Source: a virus. From it: DNA of 64,000 nucleotides. Under the pieces are notes generated by a model. That model was not told the DNA's origin. It did not search any database and saw only the letters and a program-made list of their open reading frames with translations. The stretch lies in the IMG/VR virus record IMGVR_UViG_3300027896_000010, positions 129,438-193,437 of that record; one strand, given 5' to 3'. The position numbers and the translations under genes are program-made. Each line of letters begins with the position of its first letter. Position 1 is the first letter of the stretch. Positions 8,032 to 18,800 of this stretch are shown here, one piece after another.

Positions 8032-8184
8032 CTATCTATCTTCAGGCTTACGAAGCCTATCCCTCTCCAGATTCTCCAGAGCCTGTTGCTTCAGTTCTGG
8101 CAAGTCCTCAAACATCTCTTCGATGACTGGACGCATCCAGTCTACTAGAACTTCTCTCATTTGTTCTACCTCACGCTCTCCCAT
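8032..8184 (-). CDS. small hypothetical protein (50 aa, not in ORF track)
   Basis: AGAAAGGAGG RBS, MGEREVEQMREVLVDWMRPVIEEMFEDLPELKQQALENLERDRLRKPEDR*. Confidence 0.6.
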   Translation of the reverse strand: MGEREVEQMREVLVDWMRPVIEEMFEDLPELKQQALENLERDRLRKPEDR

Positions 8185-8198
8185 CTGCATCCTCCTTT

Positions 8199-8600
8199 CT
8201 ATCTCCACCATTCACTTCCACCATCATACTGATGAAGCGTTCGTGATATCGCCCCTGCAGAAGCTGGGCGGTGACGATAATGATATTCTTTCTGCTTAGG
8301 CCCCCAGAACTCCTGATTAACTCCGCTTGTGTCGTATTCCTCATTGATATTAACGAACTCATGCTCTAGCTCTGGTATGTATGCTTTGCATATTGCTATC
8401 CCCATAGCGTATTCTATCTCAACTACGACTCCTGAAACACCCATACAGACTTGTGGAGGATACAGAACACACTCGCACCTGTCATCTGGCGATGCCCCTA
8501 TAGGCCACCATCTTGCACATGGAACACCAGTTAATTTATACATAGCCTTGCATACCCAGTTAGGCGCTTTCGGTTCTGGCTTGTTAGGCTTGGTGTCCAT
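8199..8600 (-). CDS. hypothetical protein
   Basis: 133-aa ORF with AAGGAG RBS directly after a terminator. Confidence 0.65.
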   Translation of the reverse strand: MDTKPNKPEPKAPNWVCKAMYKLTGVPCARWWPIGASPDDRCECVLYPPQVCMGVSGVVVEIEYAMGIAICKAYIPELEHEFVNINEEYDTSGVNQEFWGPKQKEYHYRHRPASAGAISRTLHQYDGGSEWWR

Positions 8601-8617
8601 ATCCTACTCCTTTCCAC

Positions 8618-8648
8618 AAAAAAAAGAGGGACGCCCGAAAGCGTCCCT
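8618..8648 (-). terminator. intrinsic terminator
   Basis: AGGGACGC-TTTCGG-GCGTCCCT stem-loop followed by C and 8 T on the minus strand. Confidence 0.85.
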
Positions 8649-8679
8649 TCTTCCTTCTGGGTCACTATCTTGCAGATGT

Positions 8680-8708
8680 ATTATACCACAGTAACCCTAT
8701 AATTTCAA
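8680..8708 (-). promoter_or_regulatory. sigma-A/sigma-70 promoter P3 with extended -10
   Basis: minus strand TTGAAA (8708-8703), 17 nt, TGgTATAAT (-10 at 8685-8680). Confidence 0.8.
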
Positions 8709-8710
8709 AC

Positions 8711-9025
8711 TTACGGTATCTCTGGAGGGGTGGGCTTGAATATGCTAGTCTTCTCATTCACCACTGTTTCCACCCCAGAATCTTTCCAGAAACTCGCATA
8801 TGTCGCCTGTGCCGCTACGAATACCAGAGCAATAGTACCGACAATATTTGCAGCAGTCCAACTCAACTGCCCAGTCGCCCATATCGTCAGAACTCCAGCA
8901 CCACCACATGCCACGATTGCCACTAACAGGTTCGCCCATCGAGGGAACTTGACCTGTTTCAGAACAGTAATTAAAAAGGTCATCAAAATACCAATTACTA
9001 TCGCCGCCGCTTGCGTGTTAACCAT
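8711..9025 (-). CDS. putative holin
   Basis: 104 aa, three hydrophobic segments, charged C-terminus, last gene of the structural cluster. Confidence 0.75.
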   Translation of the reverse strand: MVNTQAAAIVIGILMTFLITVLKQVKFPRWANLLVAIVACGGAGVLTIWATGQLSWTAANIVGTIALVFVAAQATYASFWKDSGVETVVNEKTSIFKPTPPEIP

Positions 9026-9073
9026 ACAATCTCACCTCCTCTAGCTTTAATATCTTATATGATAAACTTACGG

Positions 9074-12000
9074 TTACGAAACCCATGCAGTTAATTTAAA
9101 GTCGATACCTGAAGCATCCCCAGCAACAGCGTCACACAAAGTTGTAGTGGAAATTGTAGGCCAAACATGAGCAGTGTCATCATGACCATTATAGGCTTGT
9201 GCATGATAACCAGTTTTAAAAGCAATTACTCCGTAATTGACAGCATGGTCAAGCCCAGTTATCGAGTAATTTCCATCTGCACCTGTCATGGCCATATTGA
9301 CATATATAAGAGCTTTGCTCTTTTCGTCATAATCAATTGCCACTACATAACACCCCAGAAGATTTGCATTTGTAGGGTCTTTGACGTTACCTGTAATCGT
9401 GTCACTAGCACCTATCACTGGCAAGGTAATATCTGCCGAAATGCTAGGAGCTATTACAAGAGTAGCGCTGTCTATATCTGTCACTCCACCTGAATACTCA
9501 GACACAAAGTCAGAACCACCTACTTGAGCGTTGTAGTATGCTGCAGAATAATGGATAAGATAGAGTCCATCAAAAACTCCAAACCCATAACCGCCATTTT
9601 CTCCGTACGTATTCACTGGATTGTTAATTAATCCATTGTACTCAGAAAGTTGATTACCGTTAGTATCTAAAATTGTAGTGGTAATTTGACCCAAGAAGCC
9701 AAGACCAGTTCCATATACTATTCCATTTATTGCGGCGTACTCCATCTTAAAATCAACACTTGAACTACCTCCTTGAATTGGAGCAGCATTTTTGATTCTT
9801 TGAGCATAATAATAAGAATCATTTACAGGGGCTACGATATTACCGTAACTTGCAGTCTTGTAAGGAACGTTATTTATGTTACCTATAACTACTACTGCAT
9901 AAGCTATGTTTGAGTCAAGCCCAGTAAGTATATACTCGCCGTTAACGTCTGTTTGTGTTACACTTGTTATAACATAGGAGTTAGTATCGTCTTGGTTGTT
10001 TGACCACAAGTTATAAGCGTAAACCCAAGCTAGTTCCAAAGGCTCGTCACTTACTCCAGTAACTGTACCTGTAATTGTTGCATCACCAGCGGTAACTGTT
10101 GGCAGTACAACATCGGCTACAGCAGTGGTATTAGAAATTGCAGTAGCAGTTACTATACTTGACGCATTGGTGTACCAAATAGTTCTATAGAATGGTGGAC
10201 CCCCTCCCCAATAATTTTCCGTGTCAAATGAAATGTAATAATCGTACTTGTCAAGTCCAATAATTGTATAAACCCCATATTCATCTACATTACCATCACC
10301 CAAGCGATAAGCTATGCCATCACCTTTTATGTAATATCTAACATTGGGAGTTAATGGGTCACTAGTTGAATTGGTTATAGTGCCCGAAATGTCAATAAGG
10401 TCTCTTGGATGAAGTACAAAATCAATTCCAGTTGCCCCACCAGATACTGGGGTTGCATAATCCAGATTGTTTTCCCAAGGAGAAGAAGCTGTAGAAAAAC
10501 TTGAAGTTATTCCAGCATGGACTGCACCTTTGTAGGTGGCATTTACCCAATCCTCAACTACTATGAAGTAGTCTACTTGAGTATCAAGCCCAGCAATAGT
10601 GTAATACCCATCAACATCTGTAATTGCCATTTGAGTCATAGGGTAAATATATCCACCAGTTGTAATATCTGCTTCAATAGCACCAACCATTATGCCCTCT
10701 AAAGGCAGAGGTGTCTCGTCCGAATTTGTGACAGTCCCAGTAATAGTAGACAAACCAAGAACATCTGGAATGTGTGGAACAGTTATATCAAGTTCTGTTG
10801 CCGGTGCCGTTACCTCTGTTGCTTCCTCAAACGAGGTTTTGTTACCGTACCAAAGTGATTGATAGTTAGTTGCATTGTTGTAGTTGTAATACCCCATGTC
10901 AAAGTATATTTTGTAGGGGCCAAGACTCTGCAAGGGCTGGTCATACCATCTGCTTATTTCATAGTATCCACCGTATCGAGTCATTTGCATACCAACAAAG
11001 TTACCAGACAAATCATAAACATACACCATAACATCATTTAAGGTACTTCCACTTAAAGTCCCTGACAGTAAATATTCCATCTCTCCAGAACCGACAAGAT
11101 AGGCTTTAGCTCCTAGAGTATATGTACCACCCCATGTGCTTCCTCTTGCCGACAAGCTATACATTGAAGTGCGAGAGACATTTGCTTTTACATCGATGTC
11201 TTGTAATGAAAGATTGAAAATATTCGCCCATGCATCAAGCGTAACAGTTTCGGTGAGTCCTCTTAACATTGCCTTGGAAGTTAAAACTTGTTCTGAAATG
11301 GCAGAGATATCTGCTTGAGCATTAAGAGTTACACTAGTCGTCTCTGAGAGCATAAAGTCTATGCCTGTATCCCCACCAGTTACGGCTTCAGCCACAGACA
11401 AATTGGGGGGTATACCAACTTGGAAGATATGGGCGTCATATACAACAGTATCATATATACCCCCCCCAAAATCTATAGCCATGACTGCATATGTTCCACC
11501 AGCCTGTAATCCTCGAACTTCATAGTTACCCGACCCATCGGTAAAAGTTGCTCCCATAATGGCAGGAGCGGTTGCTGTTCTAGTAGCCCAATCTACAACC
11601 ATAACAGCCGCCGTGGGAATAGCGACACCAGAAAAATTTAATACAGTACCAGATATGGATGCATTAGCGTTATCCAATACAGGCAAAGTCGGGCTAATAG
11701 TTGTCGGTGGTAGAATCGCATCAGCAACTCCTGAAGACCATTTAGAATCATACCAATAACTATAGTATTCAATATCTGGTGGACCAGCCAACTGAGCCAT
11801 GAGGTTGAAGAACCAAGATGAGAACACCATGCGATACGGCTTAATTTTTGGGACGTAAACCAGATAAGTACCGTCAGAAGCCGAAGTGTCGTAGCCAACA
11901 AAACCCCCAGTACCATCATATGCATTCACTTGGATGCCTTCCAAAACGCTACCGCCGATTATCCCACCAATCATAGACCCTATCATTGCTTTAGCAGTCA

Positions 12001-12823
12001 GCGTTCGTTTTGCTATGATATTCGCTCTTGAACGAGACGTAACCGTATGTGTACGATTATAGATAAAAGCCCTCGATGACATCGACCTACCGATTGCCAG
12101 CCCACCGGGGTCACCGCCGTAATCAAACGCTACTTCATAGTCGTAGACTTGGAAGGTCGCTCCTAACGACCTGAAATGAAGTCTAAGACCAAATTGGTTC
12201 AGTATGCTCTTGTATTCTCCATCGGTTCTTCTGAACCGCTTGAACACATAATGAGTATTCTCTTTGTTCACTATTGCCGACACATCTTCCCATACCGTGA
12301 CATCGCCACCATCATCTTCGCCATAATTATTGGTAGCAAACCATTGGATGATTCCTAGGTCAGGATAATTGATATCAAAATCAACCGACAGCGATATGCT
12401 CTGAATATCCTGAGCGATTACCAGAGGATTTTCTTCACCAGCAGGGATAGAGCTATTTGCCCCAGATAAATAGTAATCAAAATCTTCAGGTGGATGAGCG
12501 CCCCCATTATAGATAATCCTTGCACGACCATTTATGGTTTGTTCAAAAGCCTCTCTAACATGGATATTGGCCTTACCAATCAAACTAACACTTTCAGTGG
12601 TGTCTATGAGCAATTTAATTCTGGCTCCCAAGTTACAATCATAACTAGACCTAAACCAACCCCCACCGATAGGAAGCATATGAAGCCGTATATGGCTTCT
12701 AGGAGCTATCGACCTTCGCCCTCGAATATTCGCTAGAGAGTCGCAATGGATTTCCCTAGAGATGGCTCCTATTATCCTCGCTTTTGCAGTTGTCTTTCTA
12801 ACAGTACTCGGGACTATGGGCAT
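9074..12823 (-). CDS. large virion surface/adhesin-like protein with about 8 carboxypeptidase-regulatory-like (prealbumin-like) modules
   Basis: Repeated (T/S)I(S/T)GTV...G.Y.I.GL...GIDF.L modules separated by xAKAxI-type linker repeats. Confidence 0.7.
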   Translation of the reverse strand: MPIVPSTVRKTTAKARIIGAISREIHCDSLANIRGRRSIAPRSHIRLHMLPIGGGWFRSSYDCNLGARIKLLIDTTESVSLIGKANIHVREAFEQTINGRARIIYNGGAHPPEDFDYYLSGANSSIPAGEENPLVIAQDIQSISLSVDFDINYPDLGIIQWFATNNYGEDDGGDVTVWEDVSAIVNKENTHYVFKRFRRTDGEYKSILNQFGLRLHFRSLGATFQVYDYEVAFDYGGDPGGLAIGRSMSSRAFIYNRTHTVTSRSRANIIAKRTLTAKAMIGSMIGGIIGGSVLEGIQVNAYDGTGGFVGYDTSASDGTYLVYVPKIKPYRMVFSSWFFNLMAQLAGPPDIEYYSYWYDSKWSSGVADAILPPTTISPTLPVLDNANASISGTVLNFSGVAIPTAAVMVVDWATRTATAPAIMGATFTDGSGNYEVRGLQAGGTYAVMAIDFGGGIYDTVVYDAHIFQVGIPPNLSVAEAVTGGDTGIDFMLSETTSVTLNAQADISAISEQVLTSKAMLRGLTETVTLDAWANIFNLSLQDIDVKANVSRTSMYSLSARGSTWGGTYTLGAKAYLVGSGEMEYLLSGTLSGSTLNDVMVYVYDLSGNFVGMQMTRYGGYYEISRWYDQPLQSLGPYKIYFDMGYYNYNNATNYQSLWYGNKTSFEEATEVTAPATELDITVPHIPDVLGLSTITGTVTNSDETPLPLEGIMVGAIEADITTGGYIYPMTQMAITDVDGYYTIAGLDTQVDYFIVVEDWVNATYKGAVHAGITSSFSTASSPWENNLDYATPVSGGATGIDFVLHPRDLIDISGTITNSTSDPLTPNVRYYIKGDGIAYRLGDGNVDEYGVYTIIGLDKYDYYISFDTENYWGGGPPFYRTIWYTNASSIVTATAISNTTAVADVVLPTVTAGDATITGTVTGVSDEPLELAWVYAYNLWSNNQDDTNSYVITSVTQTDVNGEYILTGLDSNIAYAVVVIGNINNVPYKTASYGNIVAPVNDSYYYAQRIKNAAPIQGGSSSVDFKMEYAAINGIVYGTGLGFLGQITTTILDTNGNQLSEYNGLINNPVNTYGENGGYGFGVFDGLYLIHYSAAYYNAQVGGSDFVSEYSGGVTDIDSATLVIAPSISADITLPVIGASDTITGNVKDPTNANLLGCYVVAIDYDEKSKALIYVNMAMTGADGNYSITGLDHAVNYGVIAFKTGYHAQAYNGHDDTAHVWPTISTTTLCDAVAGDASGIDFKLTAWVS

Positions 12824-12836
12824 ATCAACACCTAAC

Positions 12837-15800
12837 CTAAAGCGTAGGCCCTGCTTCTATGGATTGGTTATCACTATCGTAATGGAAAGTAGTTCGAGTT
12901 TCATCGATAAACAAAGTATTAGGAAACACCTCTCTCCAACTCTCAATATCTCTGCCAGCAGGTTTAGTGCCAAATGGGGAGATTTCCCTAACAGCGACAT
13001 AGTATTTATCAAGATGCGTCTTTGATAAAGCGAACGCCTTGAAGACCACTCTTAAACATTTCATTCTAGTTCTCGGGAAGTGATATGTGCCTGTTCTTAA
13101 AATAACATCATTATCATATGGGTCTGACTCATCGATATAAGACCCTCCCCCAATATCTATTTGCTGTACAGGGAGCCTCACATAATCATCGGACATGCCA
13201 GTTTTAGAGCTTTCCACATAAAACTTATAGCTATTGGTATCTGACATAATCATCAATTTATCGACAACAGGAAGCTCTCCATCTATGGGTGCCAATGTCA
13301 ATAACAACCACTCTTCTCTTATTGCAGTAGCAATATCTGGGTTCTCCAAGGTGCCTGATAGCATGGTCATCGGCACAATGCTTTCTGCTGATTTCCAGTA
13401 AGTAGACGATTGCTTATCAAGAGCCATGGTGGGTGACCAATTCTTCACACTTGTTATATAATTCGCTTGAACCTCATACAGACCAAAGAAGAATCCCGGC
13501 CTCACTGAATTAAAGCTCGACAAACCAATGTCTGGTTCTGGTGCCTTGTCTGTGTAGGGCTTTCCATATTGGACACTTACTCTATATGGTGCCTCAAGAT
13601 TCAAGATGGCAGAATCTGGTGTAAGAGATATTGTGCCTTTGGTGTAATCGATTATGTAATCAATATCTTTCGTATATACGATTTTTGTGATGGGCATCAA
13701 CGTTTGATGGTCATCATTTACGACTTCATAGTTTCTTTCCTTAAACACACTTTCAGTATTTATCTCTATATTCGTATCATGCAGATTGGCTGTCCATCGC
13801 CCACTATCGCCGGGAATAGCAAACGAAACCTCTTTTATCGTGGGCTTATATCCTGTTCTAAGAAGCCCCATGCCATAGGGTGGCAACCGCATTGGATTAT
13901 GTAACCTGATAATTAATTCAACACCCATCTTGGTTGGGAATGATATCGTTTCGTCCCTAGAGGCATTTATTTTACTAGCAACGAAGCCCCACTCTCCTTC
14001 ATTGACTGGAAGGTTAGCGATGTCTATCGTATCCATGCCCCCTATCTCTGCAATGCCACGAGGGGGCCATTGAGACTCTTTATATAGATGATGCACAATT
14101 ACTGAACTACCATTTTCAATCCTACTGGCAACATTGGGTGGCACATCAGGGCGTACCCTTATCATGCCATTGACATAATCAATTTCATAATCATTAGTCA
14201 AGCCATCTATCGATTTAGTATACATATAGAAATTACCAGTATAGGTAGGACTTGGCTCTCCACCTGTACTGCTATAGAAAGGCACTACTGTTTCATCCCC
14301 GGGGTAAAGATTTATACTTGGATATGAAGCCTCTGTATAGGCAATATTCCCTTCGACTACCTTATAGTATGTCTTTTCCATATGCGTTAGCTGAACCCAT
14401 CCATCAGTCCCGGTAGTAGGATTGATTAAGCCATTGTCTGCCCCAGACATGGTAGGAAAACGAACTGTTTCGTCGGCTGAGACGTAAGCAGTCTTTAGAT
14501 AGACCTCATACGCTTGACCTGCCCAAGGTGCATATAGCCTTACACTATTAATGGAAGAAGGACTACCATCAGCTTCTCTTATGTCATAGTGAATCTCATC
14601 ATAATCAGCATTGCTGGTATGTTCTCTAGAAAGCCATGACAGCCAGAACCCACCAGATTTATAGGCATCCTTCGTCAATTCTGGTGAGTGGTCATAGGTG
14701 TACCATAGATACTTGAGAGTAATACCAAATATTTTGGCGATATACCCTCCATACTTCTTATAATACACAGCGGTTTTGAAGAAAAACTCCACGTATTCTA
14801 CATCATGTACAGTAACTTCAGCACCTACATTATTTACAATTGGGTATTCCTCAATAGCCTTAGTTAAAAATGGAATGGTATGTTCTTCGGTTTTGCCATG
14901 GCCTTGGTGGAACACCATGCGAACAGATTGACCTACATGATGGCTATCTACTGCTAGACGTATTCTGTTAATACTCTCATGCTGTGACAGGTATATCGTG
15001 GCATAAACTTCTTCGTTAGCATGTTTAGCTTGACTAAGCCACGCAGTATTGTCATTACCGTCTATCAAATTATTGGCTGTATTGTCTTCGTGTCTCTCTC
15101 TAGAGTTAGTCCCCGGAACAGTTACCGTCTCCGTACGAGTCCAGTCATGCTCTTCCCAAGCCCAAACCTCACGCAATCCCGCTCGATAGTAATAAGGCCC
15201 CCAAGGAGAACGAGCCAGATTAGTAAACGTCAGACGCAACCTTGTTGCATTCATATACATATTATCTAGCAAGACCGTTGTCTGCTCTGGGTTCGGTGGT
15301 AACCAAATCTCTTTGACATACGGAACTAAGTTAGCGCCATTCGGGAATGCTGGCCTCACATTAGGCAAATATCCAGTACAATAGTTATTGCCTAGCCAAC
15401 CCTTGTCTGAAGTGGCGATATGGACAAACATTCGCATGCCACCCTGATAAGGATGTACACGAACACGGTCTATTGGAGTAGGCCCGGGGTCATAACCCGG
15501 CCCCCATGGAGTATGACCATCAATAGTAAACTCAATCCATTCCCAAGACCATGTCTCATTAGGCCCACTATTACCAACAGACATCCAGAACGTATCGAGA
15601 TTGCTATCTTTTGCGGAACTATTTGGATGGTCATAATAAGGTTGTCTGCCCGGAGGTGGTGGGTTACCATACCAACAGTCAACAGATGATGCTACTGCCC
15701 CCACCACACAATCTGGCCCAATTGCATGACCAGAAACAACATCCCTTTCTGTTTTGGCAGGACTCTTGGTATCGGTATACCACACCGAAGCGGCGGCTTT

Positions 15801-18800
15801 AACTTTTAACGGAGTAAGCATTTTAGCATGGTCTGTAGCATATTGGCTCGTACACGAAAGCACCCTGTTGATTTTATTAGAACCATACTGTTGCTCTTCG
15901 TATTCTGAAGATGCCTCTATCTTCTCAACCAATATGTCTGTTTCTTCTGTCACGCCGTCATTATCAACCGCATGTTCCGTATGCGAAGGCTTAAGGCGAC
16001 TGATAAAATCATTCACATAAGCTACTTCTGCTGCCCTCATGGTCTTATCAGGAATGATAGAGAACATCGCCATACCAGATTCAGATTCGGTCTTAACCCT
16101 TTTGACGGCCTGAATATTCTCAACATAGATATCATCATCTATAGTCAAATCACCCTTATGTACATCCCCGGGATAGTGGAACACAACCATGAGACCCGAA
16201 TAGAAACCGCTCCGTATTGGCACATAAAGTGGCTTAGACTCTTCGATACCATTAGCCAAATGAACAGGATTATTTGTTACTGGGAACCATGCGCCTCGCT
16301 TCTTATTGTCAGGTATCTCAGAGTAATACTGGTAATTGACTATCAAGCTCGTGCCATATGGGATAGGGCTAGAATTAGCTCTATGTATGGAAATAATACC
16401 CTTCTCGGCATTCTCTATATGAAAATGATTATTAGTAAGAGTCTCACTATATTCATACACTTCGCCAGTATCCAAATTGGTAAGACTAATGAAATGATAC
16501 GCAGGAGCGCCAGTCAGCACATCGACATCAGATTTGATATTGGGATTACTGAGGGTATATTGGAATGGAGTAGTGGTTCCAATCGCCCTTCCCATTGTGA
16601 AAGTTTCTGCTTGAGTAATCCATTCCCAATCGCCATGAATCGGAGCAAGATATTCATCTTCAGTGAACCAGTCATCGTACTTATCTGTAGCCAAACCATA
16701 TACAGAAACGAATGCCCCGCCGGGGCTATTAAGTCTCCAGCCCTTGTTGAGATGTATTCTTAGATAGTCAATCTGAGGCGTTTCGTCAGCAATATCATAT
16801 GTGTAACTGAGATTAACATCGGTTGTAATTGGTATGGTAATAGAATCTATTACGCCAGTAATAGTATCAACCATATAATCAGTATCTTCGACATATGGTA
16901 TTTTTGAAGCGCCACCCGTAATTACAAGAGTACCATTTACCAGAGGACTATAAACAGTGGCGATAGCATTAGTATGTGCCCCATCAAGATAAGCAAACTC
17001 CTTGGTCTCTTGATAAAACACCCATTTACGGTCATCCCGCTTAGGCCAATGCGTGGCAATAAACTGATACGGAGGTTCACCGACTGCGTCATGATGAAGA
17101 ATGGTTATAGGCTTGCCTAACAATTCATTATTGTCGAAAGCGTTATAGCATCTATTGCTTGCATGGTCATAATCACAACTATCTGGAACTGCATTGGCAT
17201 AGTGCCACCATGGATAATCATTGGTCTTGAACTGCCCCTGATAACCCTTGTATAGCTCGTCAAACTTAAGCACCAAGCCTGTCTCGCCACACGCCCACGC
17301 CTTTTCTTGCGACCAGCCTTCTATGTCATATATGATATCAGCTAGGAGAGGAGGTTTCTGGTAACGCCATGTGATGCCATCATAATAGAGAATGGTGCCA
17401 GCCTTTACAGGAGCTTGTTCCTGTTGTAGTACTCCTGTAGCCCATGCGGTTGTTGGGCTAAGTACATAGACCCCATAGAAGTCATCATCAAAGACAAGAC
17501 CTGAATCAGCCCATGTAACACCACTATTTGTGCAATAGAGAATGGTGCCACCATCGCCAACCGCTATAATATTAGAGGCGCTAGAAGCATGAACTCCCCT
17601 AAGAGTTTGAGTCGTCCCACTAGCCCTATTATCCCAATGTCCACCAGCATTTGATGTTGATATTATATGACCACTCTTGCCCACTGCGACCACATTGGTA
17701 GTAGACATAGCAACCACACTATACAAATCCATATAGCCATTTACATCAAACATGGCGTAATCAAATTCAACCCAGTGTCGTAACGTACTTACACTATCTA
17801 CATTTTCGCCATAGAATCTAAGATTCACATACTTAGTATTCGCTGGGGTAGTTATAACCCCAGTGTAATGGGTGAAAGAGTGAGCCGTAGAAGTAGAAGC
17901 CTTTACCGTCTGAGATGGTGGGGTTACAGGATTTTTGCTGATATCATAGAAGTCAGCATATACTGCGAACTTTGGTAGAGTACGAGACATACTACAGGCT
18001 ATTGACCAGACAAGAATAATAGTGTCATAAACGATATTGACACGCTCTGTAGGGCCTATCGATGACGTAGACGGTTTACGCCGTATAGTGCCAGCCGAAT
18101 AGTCAATTAAATAATCAACATTCTCGACAAAAACATGACCCGAAGAAGCAGAAGTCACTTTTTCCGAATTTGTCCTGATGTCATGGTAACGTAATGAAAT
18201 ATTACTATTATTCGTAGGCAACAGAACATTCCCCTCAGTTACCAAATAACTACTGAAAGGGGTTGTCCCAATTCTAACCCAAGAGCCTGTTCGCCCAGTA
18301 CGAGAGTACACGCCCTGAGTATGTGTCCCACCATAGATTGTGTCACGAGAAGTATTACCAGAAAGAGTAGGCCAATAACCATCTTCCGTTCCTGTCGTTA
18401 CTACCGACCAGTTACCGCCCACATAGTGCCAACACCTGTGATATTGAGTACCTGCGTATAATATGTTATGCGTTGTGTCCCAAAGCAGACACCCTATTGT
18501 TTCTTTTTCGAATGTTGTCCCACCACCAGTGCTAGACCATTGGGTTGCCCAATCCCATGGTTTATTTGTCTCCATAACCCCATGACCTGAAGCAGGAGAT
18601 TCGAAAGCACTAGCATAAAGAGTATCGCCAGACATTGCCATGCCATACACGCCATAATAGGGCTTCATTGTGCCTGTACTTATATTCCTCCAACCGTATG
18701 GGTCGGCTATGTCATGTGGCTTGATTACGCTTAACGAACACATCCATACACCCACATTATATGTGCCAACATACAAACAGCCATCTGGATAATCATATGG

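Noticed and set aside
9052-9060. TATAAGATA as a late promoter (also at about 63924-63932)
   Set aside because: Only two copies of a short AT-rich word and none before other structural genes; indistinguishable from chance
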